This document shows positions 27,108 through 37,177 of a stretch of DNA of 64,000 nt, in pieces. The translations under genes and the position numbers were made by a program. Every line of letters starts with the position of its first letter. The first letter of the stretch is position 1. The notes under the pieces are model-generated. The model was not told where the DNA came from. It saw only the letters and a program-made list of their open reading frames with translations, and did no database searches. This DNA is from a virus (taxonomy: Duplodnaviria; Caudoviricetes), in the IMG/VR virus record IMGVR_UViG_3300021431_004083, positions 96,001 through 160,000 of that record. One strand, 5' to 3'.

Positions 27108-27181
27108 GGTTGCTTCGTTTAACAGGTAAGACGCGTATGCCTCAAAAGCGCGATTTGCGGGTTCGAATCCTGCAGCAACCC
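27108..27181 (+). ncRNA. Aberrant tRNA-like element (CAA loop on a short-variable-loop body)
   Basis: Acceptor GGTTGCT/AGCAACC; T-arm GCGGG-TTCGAAT-CCTGC; bulged anticodon stem with CTCAAAA loop; no CCA. Confidence 0.7.
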
Positions 27182-27189
27182 TTCAAAAA

Positions 27190-27740
27190 AGAAGCGATAT
27201 CTCATCGGCTAACTTCACTGATGCGCATGTCAGAGCGCTTCAGATATTCGACGAGCATACATCCTATGTTCCGAAATTGCTTGAACCCAAACGGAAACGG
27301 GCAATAAGAAAACAAACTCAACATAGGTTCGCGATAGGAAGCCACACTGACACCGAGCTGTCCTGTCACGATAGGTCAAAGATGAGAAACAAGTTTAAGT
27401 TGAGCGATGTCTACACACATACGTGTCAAAGCCGACTTGATGCAATGCTGACGCGCGAAGCAACATTAAAGTGCGGCAGGTCTGTCGATAAAATACGACC
27501 GACCATACAGATGTAAGTGCTCACGGTAATACCGTGGAGCCGGGCGTACCCACGACGGCAAATTCTATACCTAACGGAAAATTCCGTGGATACAACATGC
27601 CCTCAAACCTCAAAAAGCTTGTTTGAAACCGAAGTCGCCATAGCAAACACAAAGCTACACAGGCTACACAAATGCCGGACCGAATGTATGCGGTTTTCCG
27701 GTTTTCTCGCAAAAAACCTGCTTATATAATAAGCAGGCTT
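27190..27740 (+). ncRNA. Candidate structured ncRNA region before tRNA-Met
   Basis: No credible ORF; hairpins GCTCACGGTA/TACCGTGGAGC, GCCGGA/TCCGGT and CCTGCTTA/TAAGCAGG. Confidence 0.45.
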
Positions 27741-27746
27741 ACATAT

Positions 27747-27823
27747 CGCGGGGTGGAGCAGTTCGGCAGCTCGTTTGGTTCATGACCAAAAGGTCGGGGG
27801 TTCAAATCCCCCTCCCGCAACCA
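27747..27823 (+). tRNA. Initiator-type tRNA-Met(CAT) with altered anticodon arm
   Basis: CGCGGGG 5' end with C1:A72 mismatch; TTTGG-TTCATGA-CCAAA; ACCA end. Confidence 0.93.
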
Positions 27824-27902
27824 CTTCCGATTGCTGTGTGTTTTGAAACTCGGAAGCTTAAGCGCCTGATATATATCATATCGGGCACCCCTCCTCATAA
27901 AA

Positions 27903-27949
27903 AAGAAGCCCTTTCAGGTAACAACCTGTTAGGGCTTCTTTTTTTTTTT
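27903..27949. terminator. Bidirectional terminator ending the RNA island
   Basis: AAGAAGCCCT...AGGGCTTCTT with flanking A-run and T-run. Confidence 0.85.
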
Positions 27950-27958
27950 CATCTATCG

Positions 27959-28750
27959 TCAACAAAAAGACAAATCGAAATACGGTAAACGACGTTTCCT
28001 CAAAGCGAACAGCTTTTTTCTGATACACACGGTATAAAAAACAATACCAAAGATAACAAGAAGCACACAAGTCGCACAAATAATACCCAAAGCAACAGGA
28101 TGCAACTCAGGCTCGTAAACAAAAAGATACGCGCTGAAATTAAAAAGGCTGTGCAAGAACACAACGAAAGTAAAACTGTTCGTCAACATATAAGCGTAAC
28201 AGAGAATAATGCTCAGACAAAACGTCATAATCATATGCAGCAGAGAAGGGTGCATCACAGCAAACAAAATCGACGTCGCGAAAATAGCGGCAGGTGCTCC
28301 GATACTGTTACGCAAAAACGGAAAAAAGAGACCGCGCATAATCGCCTCTTCGCCGAGAGGAGCAAAAACCAAAGCGAGAAGAAGACCAAGTGCGTCAGGG
28401 AACTCCGACATCGCCTTTGTATACTCCTCAAAGCTTGCGCTGTATAATAAATCAGGTAATGCAAACATCAAAAAGAAAGTCATGATACGAATCAAAAATA
28501 CCATCACAACAGGAAATCTAAAAGATAAATCCTCGCTGAAATCATCAGACACACTATCTGACAGCAAAACGTGATGACGGTCGGATATGCGAACCATCCC
28601 GTAGAAGATAAACAGTGAGAGATTCAACAAAATCGTCGGCCAAACAACCGAACTGAAAATCTGATACAGAAGCAGCGTAACGAGGACATAAAAAACAACG
28701 CATGCCCCTGCGCAAAAAAGACCGTATTTGTAATAATAACGCGACATCAC
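27959..28750 (-). CDS. CPBP (CAAX/Abi) family intramembrane metalloprotease
   Basis: APLGEEAIMRG, FAVMH and HSLFN motifs. Confidence 0.92.
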   Translation of the reverse strand: MMSRYYYKYGLFCAGACVVFYVLVTLLLYQIFSSVVWPTILLNLSLFIFYGMVRISDRHHVLLSDSVSDDFSEDLSFRFPVVMVFLIRIMTFFLMFALPDLLYSASFEEYTKAMSEFPDALGLLLALVFAPLGEEAIMRGLFFPFLRNSIGAPAAIFATSILFAVMHPSLLHMIMTFCLSIILCYAYMLTNSFTFVVFLHSLFNFSAYLFVYEPELHPVALGIICATCVLLVIFGIVFYTVCIRKKLFALRKRRLPYFDLSFC

Positions 28751-30456
28751 TTCACCTCTCCGAGAAAGTCACCGACAAAAGATACCGATTCGTTTCCGCG
28801 AAACGTGCTGCAGGAAAGATTACCGGAAACACCAAACACGGAATCAAAAGGAACAGGCTTCGGTAAACTTTCAGCCTGATTCCAACACAACGCACGAAAA
28901 CCGTAAGGCGCTGTAATACGCAAATGTTGATTATTCGAACCAACAGTATCAAAAATAACATCGGAGCCTTTGAACTTGAACAAAAGCTGCGGTTCAGGAA
29001 AACCGGAGCCGAAGGGACGAAGCTGCTGAACAGACTTCGCGAAATCGAAAAACAAGGGAATATCGAGACCGAAATCCCCGTCACCGAGCGTCGATATAAC
29101 AGCGTCATATTTTGCATGCGGAGAAGAATCGACAGACGATAAAAGCCGCTCAACATCAGCCTGCAAAAAAGCAAAAAGCAAAGGCTCTATCAAAGCGTTT
29201 GTGCGAATACCAAACGCGAGCTGATGTCCCAAAATAGTCACACCTGAAGGGCCGCTCTCTGTCACCCGAGACAAAAAAGGATACCACTCAGGAGAACGAC
29301 CGGAACCATGTAAATACATAGAACCCGTATCGTCATCGACGTCCTCACGTAAAACAACATTAGGCATACCTGTCAAAAGCATCAACTTCATAGACAGCAA
29401 ACCGAGAATGCCGGAAGGTGCGGACGAATGGTACACAAAGGGAGCAAACGGTTGCGGAACAGATAAAATCAAATCGAGATGCTCTTTGACAAGGGATTTA
29501 CGCTCCTCGTTCAAACGCAAAAGCTCAGAAATGCAAATCTCCCTGTCATTGCTGAAGAAAGCGCCGAAAGCAGTCGTAATATCGCCGCCCATACGCTTGA
29601 CAGAATTAAATGTCGGAGCAAGATAATAACCAAAGAAATCCTCATTGATATTATCAGGACACGAAATGCGCCCCTCGTCTTGGAAAGACGCCAAAATATC
29701 ATGAAGCCCCCAAAAAGCTCTTTTATATATATCGCACCCGGGAAGATGATTCATCACAAAATCAGAACCCTCGGCGAAGATATAACGACAAATCGAAATC
29801 GCGTCACGAATCAATACACGATTCTCATAAAGAACGGGCATCGAATCTGAAACCGTACCAATACCCGCAAAAACACGAAGCATGGAAATGCGCTCCCGGA
29901 CTGTGGTATCACAATATAAATCAGCATAAAGCTGAATACACTGATACAAAACATACGCACCGCAAATCGACTTATGCGAATAGGAGTCAGAAGGACGCAA
30001 AGGGTTAACGAACACATCAGCGGCAATGTCTTCACGAACAACCGTATGGTGGTCAGTGACGAAAACCTTGAGGCCCAAACTCTTTGCATAAGACAAAGCG
30101 TCAAAACAAGACGAGCCAACGTCACAGGTGATAATCGCCTTCACATCAGAATCGTTCTTGACAATAATATCAATATCAGAAGGCTTAAAACCATATGCCT
30201 TTGTGGAAGGCGCATAAAGACCGACATTAAAACCGAGCTCAGCAAGACCTGCAGTACCGACAACACCTGACGCAATTCCGTCCATATCAAAATCAGGCAA
30301 AACAATGATTTTCTCACCGGAATCGTGAACGATACGCAGCTGTTCACACAGCTTGACAGCGTCTAAAAGAACGCCGTGATGACCGTCTTCGATATCATTC
30401 AAAAACGACGAAGTATAGCCGCGACGCTTCAGAAAAAGAGAAAGCATATCATTCAT
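28747..30456 (-). CDS. recJ: RecJ-like DHH phosphoesterase/exonuclease
   Basis: DFDMDG, TCDVG, TDHH, GSGRS, GHQLAFG and LRPFG motifs; start placed at MNDML after aaggag. Confidence 0.88.
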   Translation of the reverse strand: MNDMLSLFLKRRGYTSSFLNDIEDGHHGVLLDAVKLCEQLRIVHDSGEKIIVLPDFDMDGIASGVVGTAGLAELGFNVGLYAPSTKAYGFKPSDIDIIVKNDSDVKAIITCDVGSSCFDALSYAKSLGLKVFVTDHHTVVREDIAADVFVNPLRPSDSYSHKSICGAYVLYQCIQLYADLYCDTTVRERISMLRVFAGIGTVSDSMPVLYENRVLIRDAISICRYIFAEGSDFVMNHLPGCDIYKRAFWGLHDILASFQDEGRISCPDNINEDFFGYYLAPTFNSVKRMGGDITTAFGAFFSNDREICISELLRLNEERKSLVKEHLDLILSVPQPFAPFVYHSSAPSGILGLLSMKLMLLTGMPNVVLREDVDDDTGSMYLHGSGRSPEWYPFLSRVTESGPSGVTILGHQLAFGIRTNALIEPLLFAFLQADVERLLSSVDSSPHAKYDAVISTLGDGDFGLDIPLFFDFAKSVQQLRPFGSGFPEPQLLFKFKGSDVIFDTVGSNNQHLRITAPYGFRALCWNQAESLPKPVPFDSVFGVSGNLSCSTFRGNESVSFVGDFLGEVK

Positions 30457-30895
30457 TACACTCACACTCCTTATCAGAAGACGACACGGCAAAACCATTA
30501 CGGCAAGCCGCATAATAACCTCGCTTATATGATTCAACAGAAAGCTCACGAGTACGCAAATCCTCGGCATAAGCCGTCGCAATGCGACCGATATCGCAAG
30601 ACAAAGAATCAGGGACGATATCGACATCGTGAGAAAACATTGAACCATCATGCAGCAAACGAGGTTGGGACGGATAAGTATACGCCAATAAAGACGCCTC
30701 TTCATTTAAAGAGTCGACCTTACCGACAAAACGCTCAGCCTTTTTGCGAAGCGGATGTGTTTTTGCCTTGACCAAACGGCGAAGGCAAGTACGATACCCA
30801 ATAGCGGCAATACGCAAAATCTGACCATAAGCCGCCAACAACGAAACTGTATCTAAATTTTCAGCAAAACTCTTATCATTAGACCGCAATGACAA
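30449..30895 (-). CDS. Hypothetical protein, first gene of the recJ operon
   Basis: TTG start with ggaggtg RBS; overlaps the recJ start. Confidence 0.65.
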   Translation of the reverse strand: MSLRSNDKSFAENLDTVSLLAAYGQILRIAAIGYRTCLRRLVKAKTHPLRKKAERFVGKVDSLNEEASLLAYTYPSQPRLLHDGSMFSHDVDIVPDSLSCDIGRIATAYAEDLRTRELSVESYKRGYYAACRNGFAVSSSDKECECNE

Positions 30896-30953
30896 GCACC
30901 TCCCTCTCCACGCGAAACACGAACGGAGACATCATTCTTAAAATTATATGAGT

Positions 30954-30982
30954 ATTATAACACACAGGTCACAAAAATGCAA
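30954..30982 (-). promoter_or_regulatory. Sigma-A promoter for the recJ operon
   Basis: TTGCAT-17 nt-TATAAT with extended TG. Confidence 0.8.
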
Positions 30983-31449
30983 GCCCTCAACAAAAATTTT
31001 TAACTTTTTTATTGAAAATAAAAGAAAAAAATGGAAAAAGAACACACGAAATCATACAAAGAAACAAAATCACCAAAAAGCATAAAGGGCTCAGAATTAC
31101 GCTCTGACGAACGAAAATATCTCAGGTATATCCAGATATGGATTTTATACAAAAACGCAACAGAGGGCAAAATAGAGGGGGTTATGACACACATACACGA
31201 AAGAAACGATTGCACACGCGTGTGTGTGGGCATGTACAATCGTCCGAAAAGGTGAAATTTTGATAAATCGCACAATCTTGACTCAATAACGCAACTTGAC
31301 CCAGTAAAATGTGAGATGCGCATTATCACGTAAGATGATTGCCGTGACACATACGTGTCGGCATCATCTTTTTTTTTTTTTGAAAAAACACACGGAAAAA
31401 CACACGAAAATATTTGCAATAAAATTATTGCACTCAAAAATAAAATCGA

Positions 31450-32195
31450 TTTTGTACCTTTGTACCACTTTTTTTTCACTCCCCCCCTGCACGTGCACGC
31501 GTACGCGAGGGCTGTAACCATTTTCGATACAAAATCAAGAAAATGAGAAGAAATATTTTATATATAAAGACTTATAAAAAAGATGGTACAAAGGTACAAT
31601 TTAAAAAAACTTCAGTAATAATCGAAAAAAACTACGTACCATTTGCAAAAGTAAAAATGGTACACTAAAAACGAACGTCGACCGTTTTTTCAGTAATAAT
31701 CTACTTTTTTCGTGTACCATCTTTTGTACCACTTTTTGTACCACATATCGAAAAAGTACACAAGTTTTGACTAAATAATTCTCCAAAGGAATAATAAGCC
31801 GAAAAAACGAACCGAAAACGCAAAATCGTAGGTCAAAACTTGCACGAATAAAAAAGTAACAAGAATATGACACAAAAATGACAAACATGAACGAAACATG
31901 AACAAAAACACCGAAAAAGCAATGTGTACCTTATTTTGTACCATTTTTCGCAAAAAAAGTGGTACGCTGGTACAATCACCCGAAAACGGCTTACCTATGC
32001 GGTTTTTTGAACAAAATAAAACATACGTTCCAAAAAAGCGTACCACCTCAAAAAACAAAAGTGGTACACTTTTTAATTTTCAAAGTACAATAGAGTGGAC
32101 TGTGTAAACACGACAAAAATCAAAGAAAAACCGACAAATACGTCGATAGGAAAAACGATAAAACGACAACAGTCTCACTCCGATCTCATGTACCA
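31450..32195. repeat. GTACC/GGTAC iteron-like array; candidate replication origin
   Basis: 16 copies in both orientations, some spaced 12 bp (31714/31726/31738; 31926/31938) or 8 bp; AT-rich; directly upstream of the helicase and polymerase. Confidence 0.75.
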
Positions 32196-32380
32196 TGAAG
32201 CAATAAAATCACTAAAACAGAAGAGCGTGATTTTATTGCGCGAAGAGATGATAAAATTGACAAAAAAATTAATTTTTTTTATTTCAATTATCTATTGCTT
32301 TTTTCGAGAGTTTCGTCTATAATAGAAAGCACCGACAACAAAAATGTTAAAAATAAAAAGGGGGTGAACGAGAAAAAGCC

Positions 32381-34018
32381 ATGCGTACATTGAACGAAAT
32401 CATTCGAACAACAACAATGCTGTATCTCGACGGTATCGATGAAAACAATCCGCCGCCCCCTATTCAAATAGAAAAAGAACTGCTCACAGCAGTAAAAGCT
32501 GAAGTGCTCGTTGAAAACACGACGCGTGATAAAGGCGACAAAATCAAAGCGCCGCAGGCATTGTCCTTCGCGCAAATAGCGGACATCATGCTCAAAATAT
32601 ACCCGATACGCAAAATCTCATGCACGAACAGACGATCTGATTCGGACTACGATTTGCTTGGAATCTACCAAACCGAAGGTCGCTATAAAGGCTTATATGC
32701 AACGGACGAAAACGCTTTCCGTGAAATCGCCTTATTGTATAACTATCAGCTGACGCAGCGAGAAATGACGGAAATCCTTGTCAGACTGAACGACGGCGCA
32801 AAAAAGACAGAGCGAACGAGCGACCCTGACCTGATAGCAGTCAACAACGGAATCTTCAACTACAAAACAAAACAACTGCAGCCGTTCACACCTGACTATG
32901 TATTCATATCGAAATCAAAGGTCAATTATAACCCGAATGCCGTTAACATCAACATCCACAATGACCAAGATAATACGGATTGGGACGTAGAAACATGGGT
33001 TCACACGCTTTCGGATGACGACGAAGTTGTCAATCTCATATGGGAAATCTTAGGCGCTATCATCAGACCTCATGTAAAATGGGATAAAAGTGCGTGGTTC
33101 TACTCAGAAACGGGAAACAACGGTAAAGGCACGCTTTGCGAACTGATGAGAAATCTTTGCGGTGACGGGACTTACGCGACGATTCCCATCTCTGACTTCA
33201 GTAAAGACTTCATGCTTGAGCCTCTCGTTCACGCAAACGCTATCATTGTAGATGAGAACGATGTCGGACAGTTCATCGACAGAGCGGGCAATCTCAAGGC
33301 TGTCATCACGAACGACGTTATCATGATTAACCGTAAGTTCAAAGCTCCGATACCATTTCAATTCTTCGGTTTTATGGTACAGTGCCTGAACGAAATGCCA
33401 CGCATCAAAGATAAATCAAACTCATTTTACAGAAGACAGCTTTTCGTACCGTTCACAAAAACATTCACCGGCAAAGAAAGAACCTACATAAAGCATGATT
33501 ATCTGAAACGACCTGAAGTACTCGAATATGTTCTATATAAAGTATTGAACATGAACTACTACAGACTCTCAGAACCTGCCGCATGTACCGATGTATTATC
33601 GGAATATAAAGAATATAACGACCCTGTACGGTTGTTTGTCGACGAAATACTGCCTCAGTGCAAATGGGATTTACTCCCGTTCACATTCTTGTATGATGTA
33701 TATAAAGAATGGTTCAAAGAAAACATTCCGTCAGGACAGGCACTGTCGTCTGTCAACTTCACAAAAGACATCATCACTGTCGTCAATGAGAGTGATGAAT
33801 GGATTTGTAAAGACAAACAGAGAAAAATCAGAGCAGGAAAGCGTATGAACGCGGCAGAGCCGCTGATAATACGCTACCAACTGAAAAATTGGTACAATCC
33901 ATACTATCACGGCAATGACCCTGACAAGATTGCGCTGCCTGCGTTGCAAACAAACTACAGAGGCTTAGAACGAAATATCAAACAACAAGCACCGATAACA
34001 CAGTCAAGTGACGAATAA
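32381..34018 (+). CDS. D5/P4-family SF3 helicase (primase-helicase C-terminal part)
   Basis: IAVNNGIFN (D5_N); Walker A GNNGKGT; IVDE; INRKFK; FYRRQLFVPF. Confidence 0.92.
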   Translation: MRTLNEIIRTTTMLYLDGIDENNPPPPIQIEKELLTAVKAEVLVENTTRDKGDKIKAPQALSFAQIADIMLKIYPIRKISCTNRRSDSDYDLLGIYQTEGRYKGLYATDENAFREIALLYNYQLTQREMTEILVRLNDGAKKTERTSDPDLIAVNNGIFNYKTKQLQPFTPDYVFISKSKVNYNPNAVNINIHNDQDNTDWDVETWVHTLSDDDEVVNLIWEILGAIIRPHVKWDKSAWFYSETGNNGKGTLCELMRNLCGDGTYATIPISDFSKDFMLEPLVHANAIIVDENDVGQFIDRAGNLKAVITNDVIMINRKFKAPIPFQFFGFMVQCLNEMPRIKDKSNSFYRRQLFVPFTKTFTGKERTYIKHDYLKRPEVLEYVLYKVLNMNYYRLSEPAACTDVLSEYKEYNDPVRLFVDEILPQCKWDLLPFTFLYDVYKEWFKENIPSGQALSSVNFTKDIITVVNESDEWICKDKQRKIRAGKRMNAAEPLIIRYQLKNWYNPYYHGNDPDKIALPALQTNYRGLERNIKQQAPITQSSDE

Positions 34019-34071
34019 CAACCAGAATCATCCCGGACAAACAAACGGGAAGAAAGGAAAACACCCGCACA

Positions 34072-37000
34072 ATGCTCACACATTTTTATGATATCGAGAC
34101 ATTATGGAACGCTTTTACTATCGCGAATTATAAAAAGCAGGAAAATGTACTCGATTTATATTTGCTTCTTGACGACATTCCAATCGAACATGTCAAAGCA
34201 AACTCACATATTCTCGAACAGACAATTCGAAATAAAAACAAAAACTTCGACGGTCATATTCGAATGTTCGACCTGCATAATCCGGCACACATCCTTCGGT
34301 TAGGCGCCGAGTTCGGCGTTTCAACATCTCGTAAGGTAAACGACCCGAACGAAGAATGCCCGCTCACGGAGAAATATCCGCAATTGCGTATCACATGCGA
34401 CACCGATACCGATTATGACGAAAACAAGCATCCGTATCTGATGGGATATAACTCCTATAATTATGATACGACAATGCTCGCGGCGTTCTTCCAAAGAGTT
34501 TTCGCGCAAAGACAAGACTCGAACAACGAAATCATCATCGATACGATGAACACGACAGCGAGATATATGAGAACCGTCTCAGATGAATTATTCACAGACA
34601 GATTCAGAGACGAAATGCCGAAATATCTTTGCGCTGTACGTGATGCGAAAGGTCGTTACACCGGAGCAAACAATTATCAAAACGAAGGACATCGTATCAG
34701 ACGAAATATGCTGATGAGCGGAAGACACGTCGATGTGGCACGACTGAATGAAAAACAGCGCAAGGTCGCTTTGAAGCGAATCCTCGGACAACTCGGGTAC
34801 CAAATCCTCGAATACGAGTTCAACGGAGATAATTATATTCATTCCCTTGATGAGCTCTTCGAGCTGTTGGCATACAACACATCCGATGTTATCAACTTGG
34901 GCGTCCTATTCAACCACAAAGCATACACTTCGTCCTTCACACTGAAAAAAGGACTGCTTGACACCTACCCCGAACTTATTTACGAAAAGAAAAAAGACGC
35001 GTACGCGCCTGACGTCAGACCGACAAAAGTCAGAAATGACCGCCTGATGATCGACAGCTCCTCAGCACAGTTCGCTACCAAAACATTATGTCCTTACGGA
35101 CATTTGACGGACATCGAAACCGTCAGTTTTGATTATCCCCATGCCGATATCGCAAAAGAACTCGGTATTCCTCGTGTGAATATCCTCGAAGAAACAAGAA
35201 AGTTCTTTTACAAGCTGTTTCCTCAACAAAGTCTGAGAGAACGCTTTGATAATATCTACAGGTTCTATAAGTCAATCGAAGGAAAGAACTTCAACGATTC
35301 AAAGACCTATCTCGAAGATTTCGGCTGCGATGACGGACACGGCGGAAAGACACTGCGCTTCGCTCCGAAAAACATCGCTGAAATAGCAAAAACAGATAAT
35401 TGTATTCCGTATTTTGACAAAGACGGAAACGAAACGTCATGCTTTGCGACATTCTCAACGGGCGGTATCCATGGAGCGGAATATAACAAACGCTTATACG
35501 ACCAAGACCTCAACGCGTATCAAACCGTCGAAAATGATATGGCATATGTGAAATCAGTCTATCCCGACCCGCTCGATTTAAAGAAAGCCAAAACAATCGA
35601 AATGCCGGACGGAACGATACGTCCTGCTACGGATTTCTTAAAGTCAGGTTCAACGCTGAAGCATTCCGAATGGAAAAATATCAGAAGAAAAGAACCTGTC
35701 CTTTTCGCAAAGACGGACAAAGGCGGAACAAAGCTCCACCCTCGATATGTATACACATCGATCGCGTACGCAAATCACGAAGACTTTACATCATACTATC
35801 CGAATCTGCTGCGTATGATGAAAGCGTTCTATAACGAAGGTCTCGGTTACGATAGATACGGCGAAATCTTCGACCAGAAATCAAAATACGGAAAGCTGAT
35901 GAAAGACGAAACGCTTTCCAAAGATGAAAGAGAACGCTATAAGGTTCTTCGTGAAGGAGTAAAATTAATTCTCAATTCCGCTTCGGGCGCCGGTGACGCT
36001 ACGTTTGACTCTAATATCCGCGTCAACAATCAAATCATATCTATGAGAATAATCGGACAGTTATTTTCCTATAGAATTGCACAGGCGCAAACCTTCCAAG
36101 GCGCTCTGGTGCCGTCAACAAACACAGATGGTTTGTATTCCGTCATGGAGGAAACGCTCAATAACAAAATCCTTGCCGACGAAGCAAAAGATATCGGCGT
36201 CGAGATTGAGCCTGAGCCGATGCTGCTTATCAGCAAAGACACAAACAACAGAATCGAATTCGACACAAAGAAGCATAAAGTGCTCTCTGTATCAGGCGGA
36301 ACACTCGCTTGCGCCGACGGACCGAGTCCGACAAAGTCCTTAGCGCACCCCGCCATTGTCGATTACGCGTTAAGAGAATACCTTGTAAAAGCAGCGCATC
36401 GCTATAAGAATATTGACATCGACAGAGATTTCAGTGATGACATTTGCCGAGAAATCCTTGAAGAAACCTATCATATCTGGTCACCAAGGAAATGGCTCAA
36501 TATGTTCCAAAATCTCATAGCGAGCTCAACAGGCTCACACACATATATCTACAATGTTGAGCCTGATAATCCGTCCAACACACACATCATGCAGCATTAT
36601 AACCGTGTGTTCATCATGAAAGATAACACGCCGAACACTGTTCATCTCTATGCGGCGGCATATCGTGTTATCACCGACGCCACCAGAAAGAAACGTGCTC
36701 GTAACGGTGAGGCTGAGGTACAACAGGATTCCGTCGCGAAACGAATCTTGGTGCAAAACGGCGAAAAAGAACGTCCGAAACGAACGGAAGCCGTTGTCAA
36801 AAAGGTGACCAATATTGAACCAACATGGTTCATGTTCATCCAAAACAGGTCATTAGATGACCTTAATGATGACGAAATCGCTTTCATCAGGGACAATCTC
36901 GATATGGAAAAATATGTACAGCTGATTCATAACAACTTTATGGACAACTGGTACAATAACGTTCCCCATCCTGCTGATAAGCAAGAAATCATGGTCTTGA

Positions 37001-37110
37001 TGGATGACAAAAACGGAAACGATGCCACGTATGTCATAGAGGACAGACAAACGAAGCGTGATATTTATGATATTGCGAAAAGCAAGCAAAACCGTATCCT
37101 TATGGACTGA
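34072..37110 (+). CDS. Family B DNA polymerase with 3'-5' exonuclease
   Basis: Exo motifs YDIE, GYNSYNYD, YNTSDV; GGIHG; DFTSYYP, KLILNSASG and NTDG polymerase motifs. Confidence 0.9.
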   Translation: MLTHFYDIETLWNAFTIANYKKQENVLDLYLLLDDIPIEHVKANSHILEQTIRNKNKNFDGHIRMFDLHNPAHILRLGAEFGVSTSRKVNDPNEECPLTEKYPQLRITCDTDTDYDENKHPYLMGYNSYNYDTTMLAAFFQRVFAQRQDSNNEIIIDTMNTTARYMRTVSDELFTDRFRDEMPKYLCAVRDAKGRYTGANNYQNEGHRIRRNMLMSGRHVDVARLNEKQRKVALKRILGQLGYQILEYEFNGDNYIHSLDELFELLAYNTSDVINLGVLFNHKAYTSSFTLKKGLLDTYPELIYEKKKDAYAPDVRPTKVRNDRLMIDSSSAQFATKTLCPYGHLTDIETVSFDYPHADIAKELGIPRVNILEETRKFFYKLFPQQSLRERFDNIYRFYKSIEGKNFNDSKTYLEDFGCDDGHGGKTLRFAPKNIAEIAKTDNCIPYFDKDGNETSCFATFSTGGIHGAEYNKRLYDQDLNAYQTVENDMAYVKSVYPDPLDLKKAKTIEMPDGTIRPATDFLKSGSTLKHSEWKNIRRKEPVLFAKTDKGGTKLHPRYVYTSIAYANHEDFTSYYPNLLRMMKAFYNEGLGYDRYGEIFDQKSKYGKLMKDETLSKDERERYKVLREGVKLILNSASGAGDATFDSNIRVNNQIISMRIIGQLFSYRIAQAQTFQGALVPSTNTDGLYSVMEETLNNKILADEAKDIGVEIEPEPMLLISKDTNNRIEFDTKKHKVLSVSGGTLACADGPSPTKSLAHPAIVDYALREYLVKAAHRYKNIDIDRDFSDDICREILEETYHIWSPRKWLNMFQNLIASSTGSHTYIYNVEPDNPSNTHIMQHYNRVFIMKDNTPNTVHLYAAAYRVITDATRKKRARNGEAEVQQDSVAKRILVQNGEKERPKRTEAVVKKVTNIEPTWFMFIQNRSLDDLNDDEIAFIRDNLDMEKYVQLIHNNFMDNWYNNVPHPADKQEIMVLMDDKNGNDATYVIEDRQTKRDIYDIAKSKQNRILMD

Positions 37111-37177
37111 AAATATAATGGGGGCGATACCCCGCCCCCATAAGAAGTCTCGTAAAAAAAAGGAAAGGAGAAACGCG

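Noticed and set aside
27108-27181. Opal suppressor or selenocysteine tRNA (TCA reading of the loop)
   Set aside because: The stem closes a CTCAAAA loop, which centres CAA, and there is no Sec-type long acceptor or variable arm.
30457-30705. N-terminal 83-aa extension of the RecJ-like ORF
   Set aside because: It overlaps the upstream gene 30449-30895; the RBS and DHH-family homology begin at MNDML (30456).
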